From the NCBI RefSeq assembly GCF_009914755.1, contig NC_060925.1: a DNA stretch of 64,000 nt. One strand, given 5' to 3'. The position numbers and the translations under genes were made by a program. Position 1 is the stretch's first letter, and every line of letters starts with the position of its first letter. This document shows positions 1 to 12,190 of this stretch, piece after piece. The stretch is from the human T2T-CHM13v2.0 reference genome, Homo sapiens. The notes under the pieces were generated by a model. It worked only from the letters and a program-made list of their open reading frames with translations. It did not search any database and was not told where the DNA came from.

Positions 1-479
1 ATTTAAATATTTTTTCACATTTAAAATTAACAAATATAATTTACTTAGAAATGTATGTGGAACCAATAGTCCTATAAGAAGCATTAATTTAAACTATGTA
101 TCTAATAAAATAGTTTCATGAAACTATACAATTTCAGTCAAGCTTATAAAACAAAACCTAGACATTGGTTTAAAAAACCAACACTAAAAAATCAATCACA
201 AAGAAATATGATTTCAATGCAATTTTTGGATAAAACTATCTTAAATTTCACACAGAAAAAAATGATGTCTGTAATACCTAAGAGTTCATGATTGAAATTT
301 GAGAATTATAAAGCGTGAACTTCATCAAATGAGTTTCCGTGAGCAGGGAATGCTGTTCGCAGTTACACTTAGTCTTGGTTTCCCTAATAAATCTCATACC
401 CATATACTTCTGTTGCAACACAACATGAGGATGATGACTGCAAAGAAAAATATGCATGTTATTTAGAATGAGAAAAAAT

Positions 480-783
480 GGCCCGGGCACAGTGACTCAC
501 GCCTATAATCCCAGCACTTTGGGAGGCCGAGGTGGGCAGATCATGATGTCAAGAGATCGAGACCATCCTGGCCAACATGGTGAAACCCTGTCTCTACTAA
601 AAATACAAAAATTAGCTGGGCAAAGTGGCACATACCTGTAGTCCTAGCTACTTGGGAGGCTGAGGCAGGAGAATAGGACTGAACCTGGGGGGTGGAGGTT
701 GCAGTGAGCCGAAAGCGGCCACTACCTTCCAGCCTGGCGACAGAGCAAGACTCCATCTCAAAACAAACAAACAAACAAAAAAA
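480..783 (+). mobile_element. Alu SINE (AluS, Sc-like), full length
   Basis: GGCCCGGGCACAGTGACTCACGCC start, AAGAGATCGAGACCATCCTGGCCAACATGG, (CAAA)n tail; TSD AGAATGAGAAAAAAT at 465-479 and 784-798. Confidence 0.97.
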
Positions 784-1351
784 AGAATGAGAAAAAATGA
801 AAAATGATGGCTGATAAGCAATCACAAATGTCCAATTCACCACAGAAAATAATGGCATGCAAATTGTGAAATAATAATTAATATTAGGTTTACATGTCAG
901 ATAAGTTTTTAATAAACTTGTAATGCTAGAGGCCTTCCTAGTATTTATTTTTCAGATCTATTTTTATAGTATACACTGAAAATATATAACTGATAGTTTT
1001 TCCAGCTATTGATTATTAGTTTCAGATTTAAATGTTTAGATTATACTATCTTTATCCATTTGAAGAAAACTGTGAATTTTTGTTGACTTTTCAACCTGAT
1101 ACAGACTAATTACGTTAATTTTTTTTATCCTGGGCGTTTGGATATCTGGCTAGACATTTTGATTACTAACAAATAATATTTAATTCCCTCTGAATGTAAA
1201 ACAGTTTAAAAAGCAAAAGGATAGCCCTTACAGATGTATATAAGTTTGCTGTATTTTATCAATTTTAAGAAACATTTGTCTTTAAAATTTTTACATTTTT
1301 GAAATCAGAAGGAATTTTCTATCAATGAGATACTCTATTTGAATTGAGAAA

Positions 1352-1647
1352 TTTTTTTGTTTCTTTTTTTTGAGACGGAGTCTTGCTCTGTTGCCCAGGC
1401 TGAAGTGCAGTGGTGCGATCTCGGCTCACTGCAACCTTTGCCCGCTGGATTCAGGGGATTGTCCTGCCTCAGCCTCCTGAGTAGCTGGGATTACAGGCCA
1501 CCACGCCAGGCTAATTTTCGTATTTTTAGTAGAGATGGGGTTTCGCCATGTTGTCCTGGCTGGTCACGAACTCCTGACCTCAGGTGACCTGCTCACCTCG
1601 GCCTCCCAAAGTGATAGGATTACAGGCATGAGCCACCATGCCCTGCC
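1352..1647 (-). mobile_element. Alu SINE (AluSx/Sz-like)
   Basis: poly-T then GAGACGGAGTCTTGCTCTGTTGCCCAGGCTG...CTCCTGACCTCAGGTGA...GAGCCACCATGCCCTGCC. Confidence 0.96.
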
Positions 1648-2071
1648 TGTTTTTTATTATATTAACTTCAATGGTGCTTCTTTTGATAACAGTATATATT
1701 TTAATTTTCCACGTAGGAACAAACTTCCGTGATATGTAAAACTTGATTATTTTATAACACATCAAGAATATCATCAGAAATTAAATAGAATGTCACCTTG
1801 ATTTATAAAGATTAACATTTATTCAGTAATAAATTAAGATAGATATGAAATAAGTGTTTATGGCTTTATATTTCTTTTTAAACTATTCCTTTAGTCTGCA
1901 GATTTTATATGTGTTTTATTTCATTGCCATGCAATTGTGTTTTTCCTTATCTCCATTAATGCTTCTTTAACCATGACTTGTTTTAAGTATATATTAAGAA
2001 TTACAAATATATAAAATTTCTTATAACTTTTTGTTTTTAATTAAAAAACATACAATTTTTGAAACCAGTAA

Positions 2072-2573
2072 TTTTTATTTTATTTTATTTCAATACCTTT
2101 AGGGGTACAAGTGTTTTGACTACATGGATGAATTTTATAGTGATGAAGTTTGAAATTTTAGTGTACCCATCACCCAAGTTGTGTCTTTGTACCCAATATG
2201 TAGTTTTAAATCCTTTATCTGTCTCCCATCCTTCCCCCTTCAGAGTCTCCAATATCCATTTTACCACTTTGTTTGCCTCTGTTCACCCATAGATTAGCTC
2301 CCACATATAAGTTAGAACATATGGTATTTGGTTTTCCAATCCTGAGTTACTTCACTTAGAATAATGGCCTCCAGTCTCTGGCCTCAAATTGCTACAAAAG
2401 ACATTATTTCATTCTTTTTTATGGCTCAGGAGCAGTCCCTGGTGTGTATATTCCACATTTCCTTTATCTATTCATCAGTTGATGGGCACTTAAATAGGTT
2501 CCATATCTTTGAAACTGTGAATTGTGCTGTAATAAACAAAAGTGTGCAAGTGTCTTTTTGATATAATGGTTTC
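2072..2573 (-). mobile_element. L1 3' end (L1PB-like), cut off by a younger L1
   Basis: T-rich tail then antisense L1 3'UTR/ORF2 end (GTTACTTCACTTAGAATAATGGCCTCCAG, GTTGATGGGCACTTA). Confidence 0.85.
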
Positions 2574-4099
2574 TTTTTTATTATTATTCTTTTACTTTAA
2601 GTTATGGGATACATATGCAGAATGTTCAGGTTTGTTACATAGGTATACGTGTGCCATGGTGGTTTGCTGTACCCATCAGCCCATCATCTAGGTTTTAAGC
2701 ACTTGCATGCATTAGGTATTTGTCCTAATGCTCTCCCTCCCCTTGCCCCCCACCCCACAACAGGCCCCAGTGTGTGATGTTCCCCTCCATGTGTCAGTGT
2801 GTTCTGATTGTTCAACTCCCATATATGAGTGAGAACATGTGGTGTTTGGTTTTCTCTTCCTGTGTTAGTTTGCTGAGAATGATGGTTTCCAGCTTCATCC
2901 GTGTCTCTGCAAAGGACATGAACTCATTCTTTTTTATGGATGCATAGTATTCCATGATATATATGGGCTACATTTTCTTTATCCAGTCTATCACTGATGA
3001 GCATTTGGGTTGGTTCCAAGTCTTTGCTATTGTAAATAGTACTGCAATAAACATATGTGTGCATTTGTCTTTATAGTAGAATGATTTATAATCCTTTGGG
3101 TACATGTCCAGTAATGGAATTGCTGGGTCAAATGGTATTTCTGTTTCTAGATCCACACTGTCTTCCACAGTGTTTGAACTAATTTACACTCCCGCCAACA
3201 GTATAAAAGCGTTACTATCTCTCCAAAGCCTCACCAGCTTCTGTTGTTTCCTGATTTTTTAATAATCGCCATTCTGGCTGGTATGAGATGGTATCTCATT
3301 GTGGTTTTGATTTGCATTTCTCTAATGACCAGTGATGATGAGCTTTTTTTCATATGTTTGTTAGCCACATAAATGTCTTCTTTTGAGAGGTGTCTGTTTA
3401 TATCCACCGCCTACCTTTTGATGGATGGGTTGTTTGTTTTTTCTTGTAAATTAGTTTAAGTTACTTGTAGATTCTGGATATTAGCCCTTTGTTAGATGGA
3501 TAGATTGCAGAAATTTTCTCCCATTCTATAGGTTGCCTTTTCACTCTGATGATAGTTTCTTTTGCTGTGCAGAAGCTCTTTAGTTTAATTATATCCCATT
3601 TGTCAATTTTGGTTTTTGTTGCAATTGCTTTTCATGTATTAGTCACGAATCTTTGCCCGTGCCTATGTCCTGAATGGTATTGCCTAGGTTTACTTCTCGA
3701 GTTTTTGTGGCTTTAAGTTTTACATTTAAGTCATTAATCCATATTAGTCAATTTTTGTTACCAAAACCTGGCAAAGACACAACAAGAAAAGAAAATTTCA
3801 GGCCAATATCCCTGATGAACATCAATGGGGAAATCCTCCATAAAATATTGGCAAACCCAATCCAGCAGCACATCACAAAGCTTATCCACCATGATCAAGT
3901 TGGCTGCATCCCTGGAATGCAAGTCTGGTCCAACATATGCAAATCAATAAATGTAATCCATCACATAAACAGAACCAATGACAAAAACCACATGATTATC
4001 TCAATAGATGCAGAAAAGGCCTTTGATAAAATTCAACACTCCTTCATGCTAAAAACTCTCCATAAACTAGGTATTGACGGAACAAAGCTCAAAATAATA
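2574..4099 (-). mobile_element. L1PA (PA7/PA8-like), 5'-truncated with an inverted 5' segment
   Basis: 2574-3758 is antisense 3'UTR plus ORF2 C-terminus; 3759-4099 is sense ORF2 RT ([20 protein letters not shown]...[17 protein letters not shown]). Confidence 0.93.
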
Positions 4100-7000
4100 C
4101 ATTTTTTTTAGTGATGAATTCTTGCTATGTTTTCCAGGCTAGTCTCTTTTTATTAACTTTTAAGTTCCTTTTGTTGCATAAGATAATAGATTTACATGAT
4201 ACCAATTCTCTAAAATAATTGAGATTTACTTTATTGCTGATCACATAATTATGTTTATGTATGTTTTTAGACTTCTATATGCATGCATTAAGAAAAGCTC
4301 GTTCATTTTGTTATTTTATATTTTCTGATTGTGTTCTGCTTAACCAATCAATATCTGAGAAAATATATTAAAATTTTATACCATAATGTTATATTCCTCA
4401 GTATTTTCTGTTGCATTTTACATCTTTAATTATTTTGATATGATTTTCAGATATCTATACTTACAATTTTTAGAATGGTGACACAAATTTAACTGTTTGT
4501 CACAATATTTTCTACTGTATTCCCAGTGATGCTTTAAGTCTAAAGTTATTCATCTAAAAATAATAAAACTTTATCTTTATTTCCTCACCATAAATTACAT
4601 TGCTGAGCTAATCATAAGAACTCATGCTGTTTTTGTTAAAGGAAGAGTAGACTTGTTAAGTTTTTATGTATAAAAGATTGATAAGTAATTCTAAACTCAA
4701 TATAAAATAAACATCTTTCAAGATGGCATGAAAATAATGCAAAGTATTGAAACACTTAGCAATTGATGATTAATTCGAATACCTTATTTCGGTCTGATTG
4801 CTTTCAATTTTAGGCACTATTATAAAAAGGATTTGGATTTTGACTACTTGCTTTATGAACAGCTTCTTCTCCCCTAGTCTCTGTTAACTGATCTTTTGGC
4901 TGTTGGTCTATTTTAAGATGTTTTGCTTAAGGACTCTGGATTGACATTTTCTAGATTTCTTACCATGATCTAATTTGGTCCTAGGTTCAACTCAATCTCT
5001 TTGAACTATTTCCTGTTTATTCAAGATAGGCCTGTTTTGCTGGCAAATCCCCAGAGAGAATTTTTGATCTATTTAGTTATCTCCTGCCACCTCTTGGATC
5101 CTAGACATTATAATTAGTATAAGTTTAAGTGACTTATTATGCTAACTGCAGACATTTCATTCATTTGAAATCAAATGTTTAATACGTGATACTATAAAAT
5201 GAAAATGCTGTTGGCAGCAGTGGGCATCACTGGTGCTAATACTTGTGTATTACTAAATTACCTTTTGAGGCTGGAAATATTCTTTGTAAAAATTTAAAAT
5301 TTTTCCACAATATTTAAAAAATATAAATATTAAATAACTATTAATCACAAGTAAAATATAAGAGAAAAAGCATAAGCCACAAACTTTCCAGCTTTTTTTA
5401 AAATAGAAAATTTCTTATTTTACAGATTATATACACATGTATTACTCGCATTTAACAAAATCCAAATATGTTTTGGTGAGATATATTTTATCAAACTGTC
5501 AATAACTATTAAGTTAATATTTACTTTACTCAAATGGTTGGTAGCCTGTGAAATGACAGAAAAATACTAGAAATGTTCAGGTTCACAAAATATTCCGAGG
5601 TCATTTAGTTAAATTAATTTTATCTATGCATAATTTGTGTCACAAATTGCACATACTTAAGTACGTTGTCTGAATATTTGTATTAAATGCATATACCTGT
5701 GAGTGTAATTTTGGGGTAACCTGGGTTTTATCAAGAAAATAGCACATTTCTTAAATATTAAAATAAAAAGAATTTATGTTGAGCTTAGCATATGCTACTG
5801 CACAATTATTTTCAAAAATCTCACAGCTGCTTGTAAAATGCTTTGTTGTTTGCTTCTTGACAATAACTATGAATTAAAGAAAATATGGGGAAGTTATAAA
5901 AAATCTATTTTTCATATTCAACAGACCCAGGACATTCCACAATGAAAAAAGGAATTGAAATAATTTTTTTCCTTTTTAAATTAGGACTTATTACTGTAAT
6001 AGGTAATATTATATCAGTTACCTTTAAGATACAATGAACTACATTAACAAGTGAAGTAACATTTGCACTACCTAACTTAGGTTTAAAACCACACACTCTC
6101 AATCAGAATTTTTAGGAGAATGGTTACCAATCTCTTTTACATAAGTCGCAAACTAGTGAAAATGCAGACTCTAAGGGCACTAAAACCTGTTTCTGATTCC
6201 GTGGGAATCAGATATTTTTGTTAGAGGCACAGATATTTTTGTTAGAATTCTCTAAGGTAATACAGATTCAAGTAGTTCTAGAAATATTCTTGAGAAATAA
6301 TGGTAGGAAAATATTTTTCTAAAGATTTTTATATGAGTGATCACATCTCATACATATGAAAATTAGGTATTACCTTACAGTTTTTAAAATATGAAGAATA
6401 AAAGATATACACTAAATGACTTGACATAAATGGTACTGGATATTTTGAGCTTGGTTAATGTTCCCAGATCATGATTGTGATCTGCATGTTTATTTTAATT
6501 TGCAGGGCAATGAGCTTTGGACAAATCCTTGCTTCTCCTAAACTGATACGACTACTTTACTGGAAACATCTTTCAAAATAAGTTTCACATAAACAATGAT
6601 AACTATTCAGTATCTATAAGGGTCTGTGATTGATTTCAAATACTCTACTAATATAAGCATCACTTTAGTCTACCATCATTCCTCTTAACTACACAGGCCT
6701 TTGAGAAAATATTTTGCTATTTCCAGTACATGGTTAGTAAGAAAAGAACAGCTATGGAAATGTGTACTTAACAGGAAGAAGAGGAGAGCTAGTAAGGGAC
6801 AGCAAGTGTAATCGAAATGTAACTAACTGAAGCATAACAAAAATCACTGGTAACGGCTTTTTATCACTTCAGTGGAGATTTCAGTCTAACTTTCAATTGC
6901 CTATAATTTCTGTACTTAAGGCTTCACTCACTCTCTCATAGGAAACATTTGTGATGTAGAATTACTACCCGAGGTTACAGCACTGTGACATTTTGGAGCT

Positions 7001-7274
7001 CTTCAAGGTTTGTGAAGCACAGTAATTATATTTACTAGAAGTCTCTCACCTTTGATACTTACGCACATTAATCATATACACAGAAGACATCTATAAAGTA
7101 TGCAGTCCCAGAATGAAAATAGTATATTTAAATTGTAGCATTTAGAAACAAACATGTCTGAAATTTTGAAAATAGGGTAATTCTAACAGATGTTTTTATG
7201 TTGTTTTTTAAGTTAGCATAAACACTGATAATAAGGTTTTCTACATAGCATGCTACAACTCAGAAAAATAAGTT

Positions 7275-7526
<252 letters not shown>

Positions 7527-8522
7527 TTATATATATATATATTATATAATCCAATATGTTTTGGTGAGATATATTTTATCAAACTATATCAAAATATATA
7601 TAATATATTATATATATTATATATTATATATATAATATATTATATATATTATATATTATATATATAATACATATATTATATATATAATATATAATACATA
7701 TATTATATATATTATATATTATATATAATATATAATACATATATTATATATAATATATAATATATATTATATTATATAATATAATTATATAATTATATAA
7801 TATAATATAATATATAATATTATATAATTATATAATATATATAATTATATTATATATTATAAATATTATATAATATATATATTACAAATATATATTATAT
7901 ATATTATAAATATTATATAACATATATATTATATAATATATATAATATATAATATATATAAAAATATAATATATAAGATATATATAATATATGATATATA
8001 TGATATATAATATATGATATATATGATATATATAATATATGATATATATGATATATATGATATATATAATATATGATATATATGATATATATGATATATG
8101 ATATATATGATATATGATATATATGATATATATGATATATGATATATATGATATATATGATATATGATATATATGATATATATGATATATGATATGATAT
8201 ATATAATATATGATATGATATATATAATATATGATATATATGATATATGATATGTAATATATATGATATATTATATATAATATATAATATATACATAATA
8301 TATAATATATAATATATAATATATATAATATGTGATATATATAATATATGATATATGATATATGATATATATTATATAATATATATAATATATATTATAT
8401 ATAATATATATTATATAATATATATAATATATATTATATATAATATATAAGATATAAGATATAATATATATAATATATAATATATATAATATATAAATAG
8501 AATATATAAATATATATATATT
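7527..8522. repeat. ~1 kb compound AT-rich microsatellite: (TA)n/(TATAA)n with a central (ATATG/ATATATG)n block
   Basis: direct inspection; almost entirely A/T. Confidence 0.98.
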
Positions 8523-9139
8523 TGAAGGTTCTAGCTAGGCATATTCTAGTTGAGTGATAAAACCCTATATATCAATTTAAAATTTTATATATTTTCTGTA
8601 ATTGAGCATATCAGAGTTTTTTATAGTGTGGTTAATAATAGAAAATTATAAGTACATGAAAGTGAAATTTGTGAGCTCTCAATGCAAAAGATGCTGCTTA
8701 GAAATACTTTGAAACCACTATTTCTAAAATTGTGTTGAACCAAAGAGGAAAATCAATACCAAAGAAACTTCTTATTTAGTTATTATATTAATAATCATAG
8801 AGTTTTTTTATGATATGTGTACTAGAAATATAAAAATTTGCATGCAAACTCCATATTTATATTTCACACAATGACTGAAGTTGCTTAGATGCTGTTTGCT
8901 TCATGAATTTTCTTATATTTCTTGCCGTGCATGAAAGCTCCACAACTTGCATTATGTACCACCATGAAATTAAAAATATATAATGGGAAATATACACAAA
9001 AATTTACACAAAGATAATTTAGCATTGAAGTATTTAGCAAAGTATTTTAAAATATTTCTTTTATTGCATGCTTTATATTTAGTCAAAATAACACATGACA
9101 GATAAAAATTGGATAGTGTAGAATTTTAATTTTTAAATA

Positions 9140-11620
9140 TTAATAATCTAAATTAAAAATTTATCTATAAAAACACTGTTAAGAGAATGAAAAGGCAAGC
9201 CATAGATAGGAAGAAAATATTTGCAAAACATATATGCAATACACATTTCTATCCAAGATATATTTAAAAATGATTAAAACTCAAAAATAAAGCAAAAAAA
9301 TTAAATTAAATAACGAGTGAAATAGCCCAACAAACATTTTGCCAATGAATATATTGTATACTAATAAAAAATAAAAGTACTCAAAATTTTTGGTATTAGG
9401 AAAATGTAAAATGAAACAACAAAGAGCTATAACTGCACATCTAAAAGAATGGCTGAAGTAATTTAAAAAAACTGACAATACCAACTTCTGGTGAAAATGA
9501 AAAGCAATAGGAATTTTCATTTCTTGATGGTTGGAATGCAAAATTATACAGCTGCTTTGGAAGACAGTTTGGCACTTTCTTACAATATTTAAACATATTC
9601 TTATCATACCACTCAAAAACCGTGTTCCTAGGTATTGACCAAACTGATTTGAAAACATGTCCACAAAAAACTTTCATGTGAATGTTTATAGAAGCTTTAC
9701 TCATTATTAGCAAAAGCTAGGAGCAACTAAGATGTTACTCAAAAATGTATGGGTAAGCAAACTGGAAACTGTGTACACCCTTACAATGGAATATTACTCA
9801 GCAATTAAAAAATGAGTTTTCAAGATACAAAATTACATGCATGGGTAAATCTTGAATGCATATTGCTATATGAAAGAAGCCAGTATTGAAAACATTGCAA
9901 GCTACATGATTTAATTTCTATGAGATTGTGTAAAAGGTAAAACAATGGAGGCAGTAAATATATCAGCGGTTGCCTGGGGCTTGGGGCGAACATGGGGGGT
10001 TGAAAAGTTACAATGCAGGAGAATTTTATAGGGCAGTGAAACTATTCTATATGACACTGAAATGGTAGATTAATAATACTATGAATGCCAAGTCCATCGA
10101 ATTTTAAAATATGAAAAGTAAACCTTAATGTATGAAAATTTTAGTAAAGCATTTAGGAGTTCAGAGATTCCCAGGTTAAAATGCAGATTATAATACATTT
10201 AGATACAAATAATCTAAGTGTATAAAGTAAACAAACACAATGGAGTAGTGGAAAAAGGTGTTGACTGAAGTAACTTTGGAAATGAGGAAAAACTATAAGA
10301 CAAAAGATGAACAGAATAGTACAAAAGCACAATATTATATTTTGTAAAGTTATTTCCTGCACGGGTATGGGTGAAGAATTCTGAAGCCAATATGCATATG
10401 TATTAGAATTAGACAATGAAATAAATGGACGGCAGATAATGAGGGAATGTTTCTCACTCTTTGAGTGGAAAGTTTCAGACAAACATGGTGAGAAAGCTAG
10501 AATGATCCAAGTGTTTAGGGTTGGCGTAATATGAACTCATGCTTAGCTTAATGCAGCTAGGTATGGATGCATTAGAAATATTTATAGATATGTTTTATAT
10601 ACTGGTTAGTATTTTCTTTCTCCATCAGCTAAGAGAGTCTAGAAGAAAAGACAACACAGTAGCAACTAACACACCTAAATAAATAAATCATATAAAAACC
10701 ATGATAATGTGGATGTCAATGGGACAAAAGGAGGCAACTGAAAGAGATTCAAATGGCCAACATGGGAAAATTTGAGCACCAAAGTAAATAAAGTAGTGTT
10801 GAATTATGACCCAACATATATAATCAATATCAATGTGTCCATGATTGAATACATAAATAAATAGAGGAGAATCAAAAATATCTGTTCAGGAGAATTCTAA
10901 ATCATTTATGTAGATACTCTACCCTCAAGGAAATGGGGAATAACTTCCCACTGTGTAAGTGGGTCTGGCCACTTCGTTTCAAACAGTACAGTATGAAAAG
11001 GCAGAAAGAGAGTAACTTTACAGAGGAGAACCCTGACAAACACTACGTCACCCAAAGTTAACACTAACTGTGATAAATCATGTTGATGTTTGTAATCTTG
11101 ATAAGATGTAGTAAGACCAGCACTTCGCCTCTGTTGTCTTCCTCCCCAAAACATATAACCTCAGTCAAATCTTGATGAAAACGTTAAAAAATTTCCAAGT
11201 GAGGAATATTCTACAAAATACCTGATCAGTACTCTCAAAATTGTCAAGATGGATGGAAGGAAGGAAGGAAGGAAGGAAGGAAGGAAGGAAGGAAGGAAGG
11301 AAGGAAGGAAGGAAAAGAAAAGAAAAGTCTGAGAAACAATTCTGTCACAGCCAAGAAAAGCCTAAGAAAATATGACAACTAAATGTAATGTGGTAACTTG
11401 GATGGAATCCTGGAATAGAAAACAGACATTAAGTGAAAACTAAGGAAATCTGAATACAGTATGAAGTTAACTAATAATAGTATATGATCATTAATTATGA
11501 CAAACTACAACATTAATATGTTAAATAGGGGAAACCGGTATAAGGTTTAAAAAAATCTTTGTACTATATTTACAACTTTCCTGTAAAAATAAAACTAAAA
11601 TAAATTAATAAATACAATTC
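9140..11620 (+). mobile_element. old L1 (L1MC-like), ORF2 end plus long 3'UTR
   Basis: AAGAGAATGAAAAGGCAAGCC, CTTTGGAAGACAGTTTGGC, ACAACTAAATGTAATGTGG..TGGAATCCTGGAATAGAAAA, A-rich end. Confidence 0.8.
11250..11326 (+). repeat. (GGAA)n microsatellite
   Basis: about 14-15 consecutive GGAA units followed by (GAAAA). Confidence 0.98.
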
Positions 11621-11969
11621 TTTAATTTATAAAAAATTTAAATATTCACAATTGTCACTTTATTTTTGCAAAAACATACTCAACATTTAATATCTTCTCC
11701 CACACTTTTTAAAAATTTTATTTAAATTTAAATTAATTTAAATATTAATTTTTAGGAGTAATTTTGAGACTACAAATATGTCAAAGATGAATGCTGAATT
11801 TTCTGATTCTAGACAATCTAATATTGCTTTCTTCATGATGGTTGGGCATAGAGCTTCAATGGATATACTCCCACCAATCTAAATTTCATTAAATGTTAAA
11901 TCAACGTTCAAAATGTTTAATAATTTGACTTAAAAGGTATCCTTTTGCACTATTTGCATTGAGTGCTAC

Positions 11970-12099
11970 TTTTTATTTTATTTTAAGTTCCAGGATACAT
12001 GTGCAGGATGTGCAGGTTTGTTACATAGGTAAACGTGTGCCAACGTGGTTTGCTGCACGGATCAAGCCATCACGTAGGTATTAATCCCAGCATGATGCA
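11970..12099 (-). mobile_element. short L1PA 3' end
   Basis: TTTTAAGTTCCAGGATACATGTGCAGGATGTGCAGGTTTGTTACATAGG. Confidence 0.88.
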
Positions 12100-12130
12100 C
12101 TTCTTATATTGACAGTTGGGAACTTACCAT

Positions 12131-12190
12131 TTTCAAGATATGAAACAGATAACTTCCTCATTTCAAGATATGAAACAGATAACTTCCTCA
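12131..12190. repeat. perfect 30-bp tandem duplication
   Basis: TTTCAAGATATGAAACAGATAACTTCCTCA x2. Confidence 0.97.

Noticed and set aside
3674-4111. 145-aa chimeric ORF across the L1 inversion junction
   Set aside because: A chance read-through of antisense and sense L1, with no promoter or splice evidence.
7913-8296. 127-aa Y/I/H-rich ORF
   Set aside because: It is the translation of a microsatellite.
12131-12190. Direct repeats as a CRISPR-like array (also 49040-49140)
   Set aside because: Eukaryotic context, no unique spacers of regular length and no cas genes.
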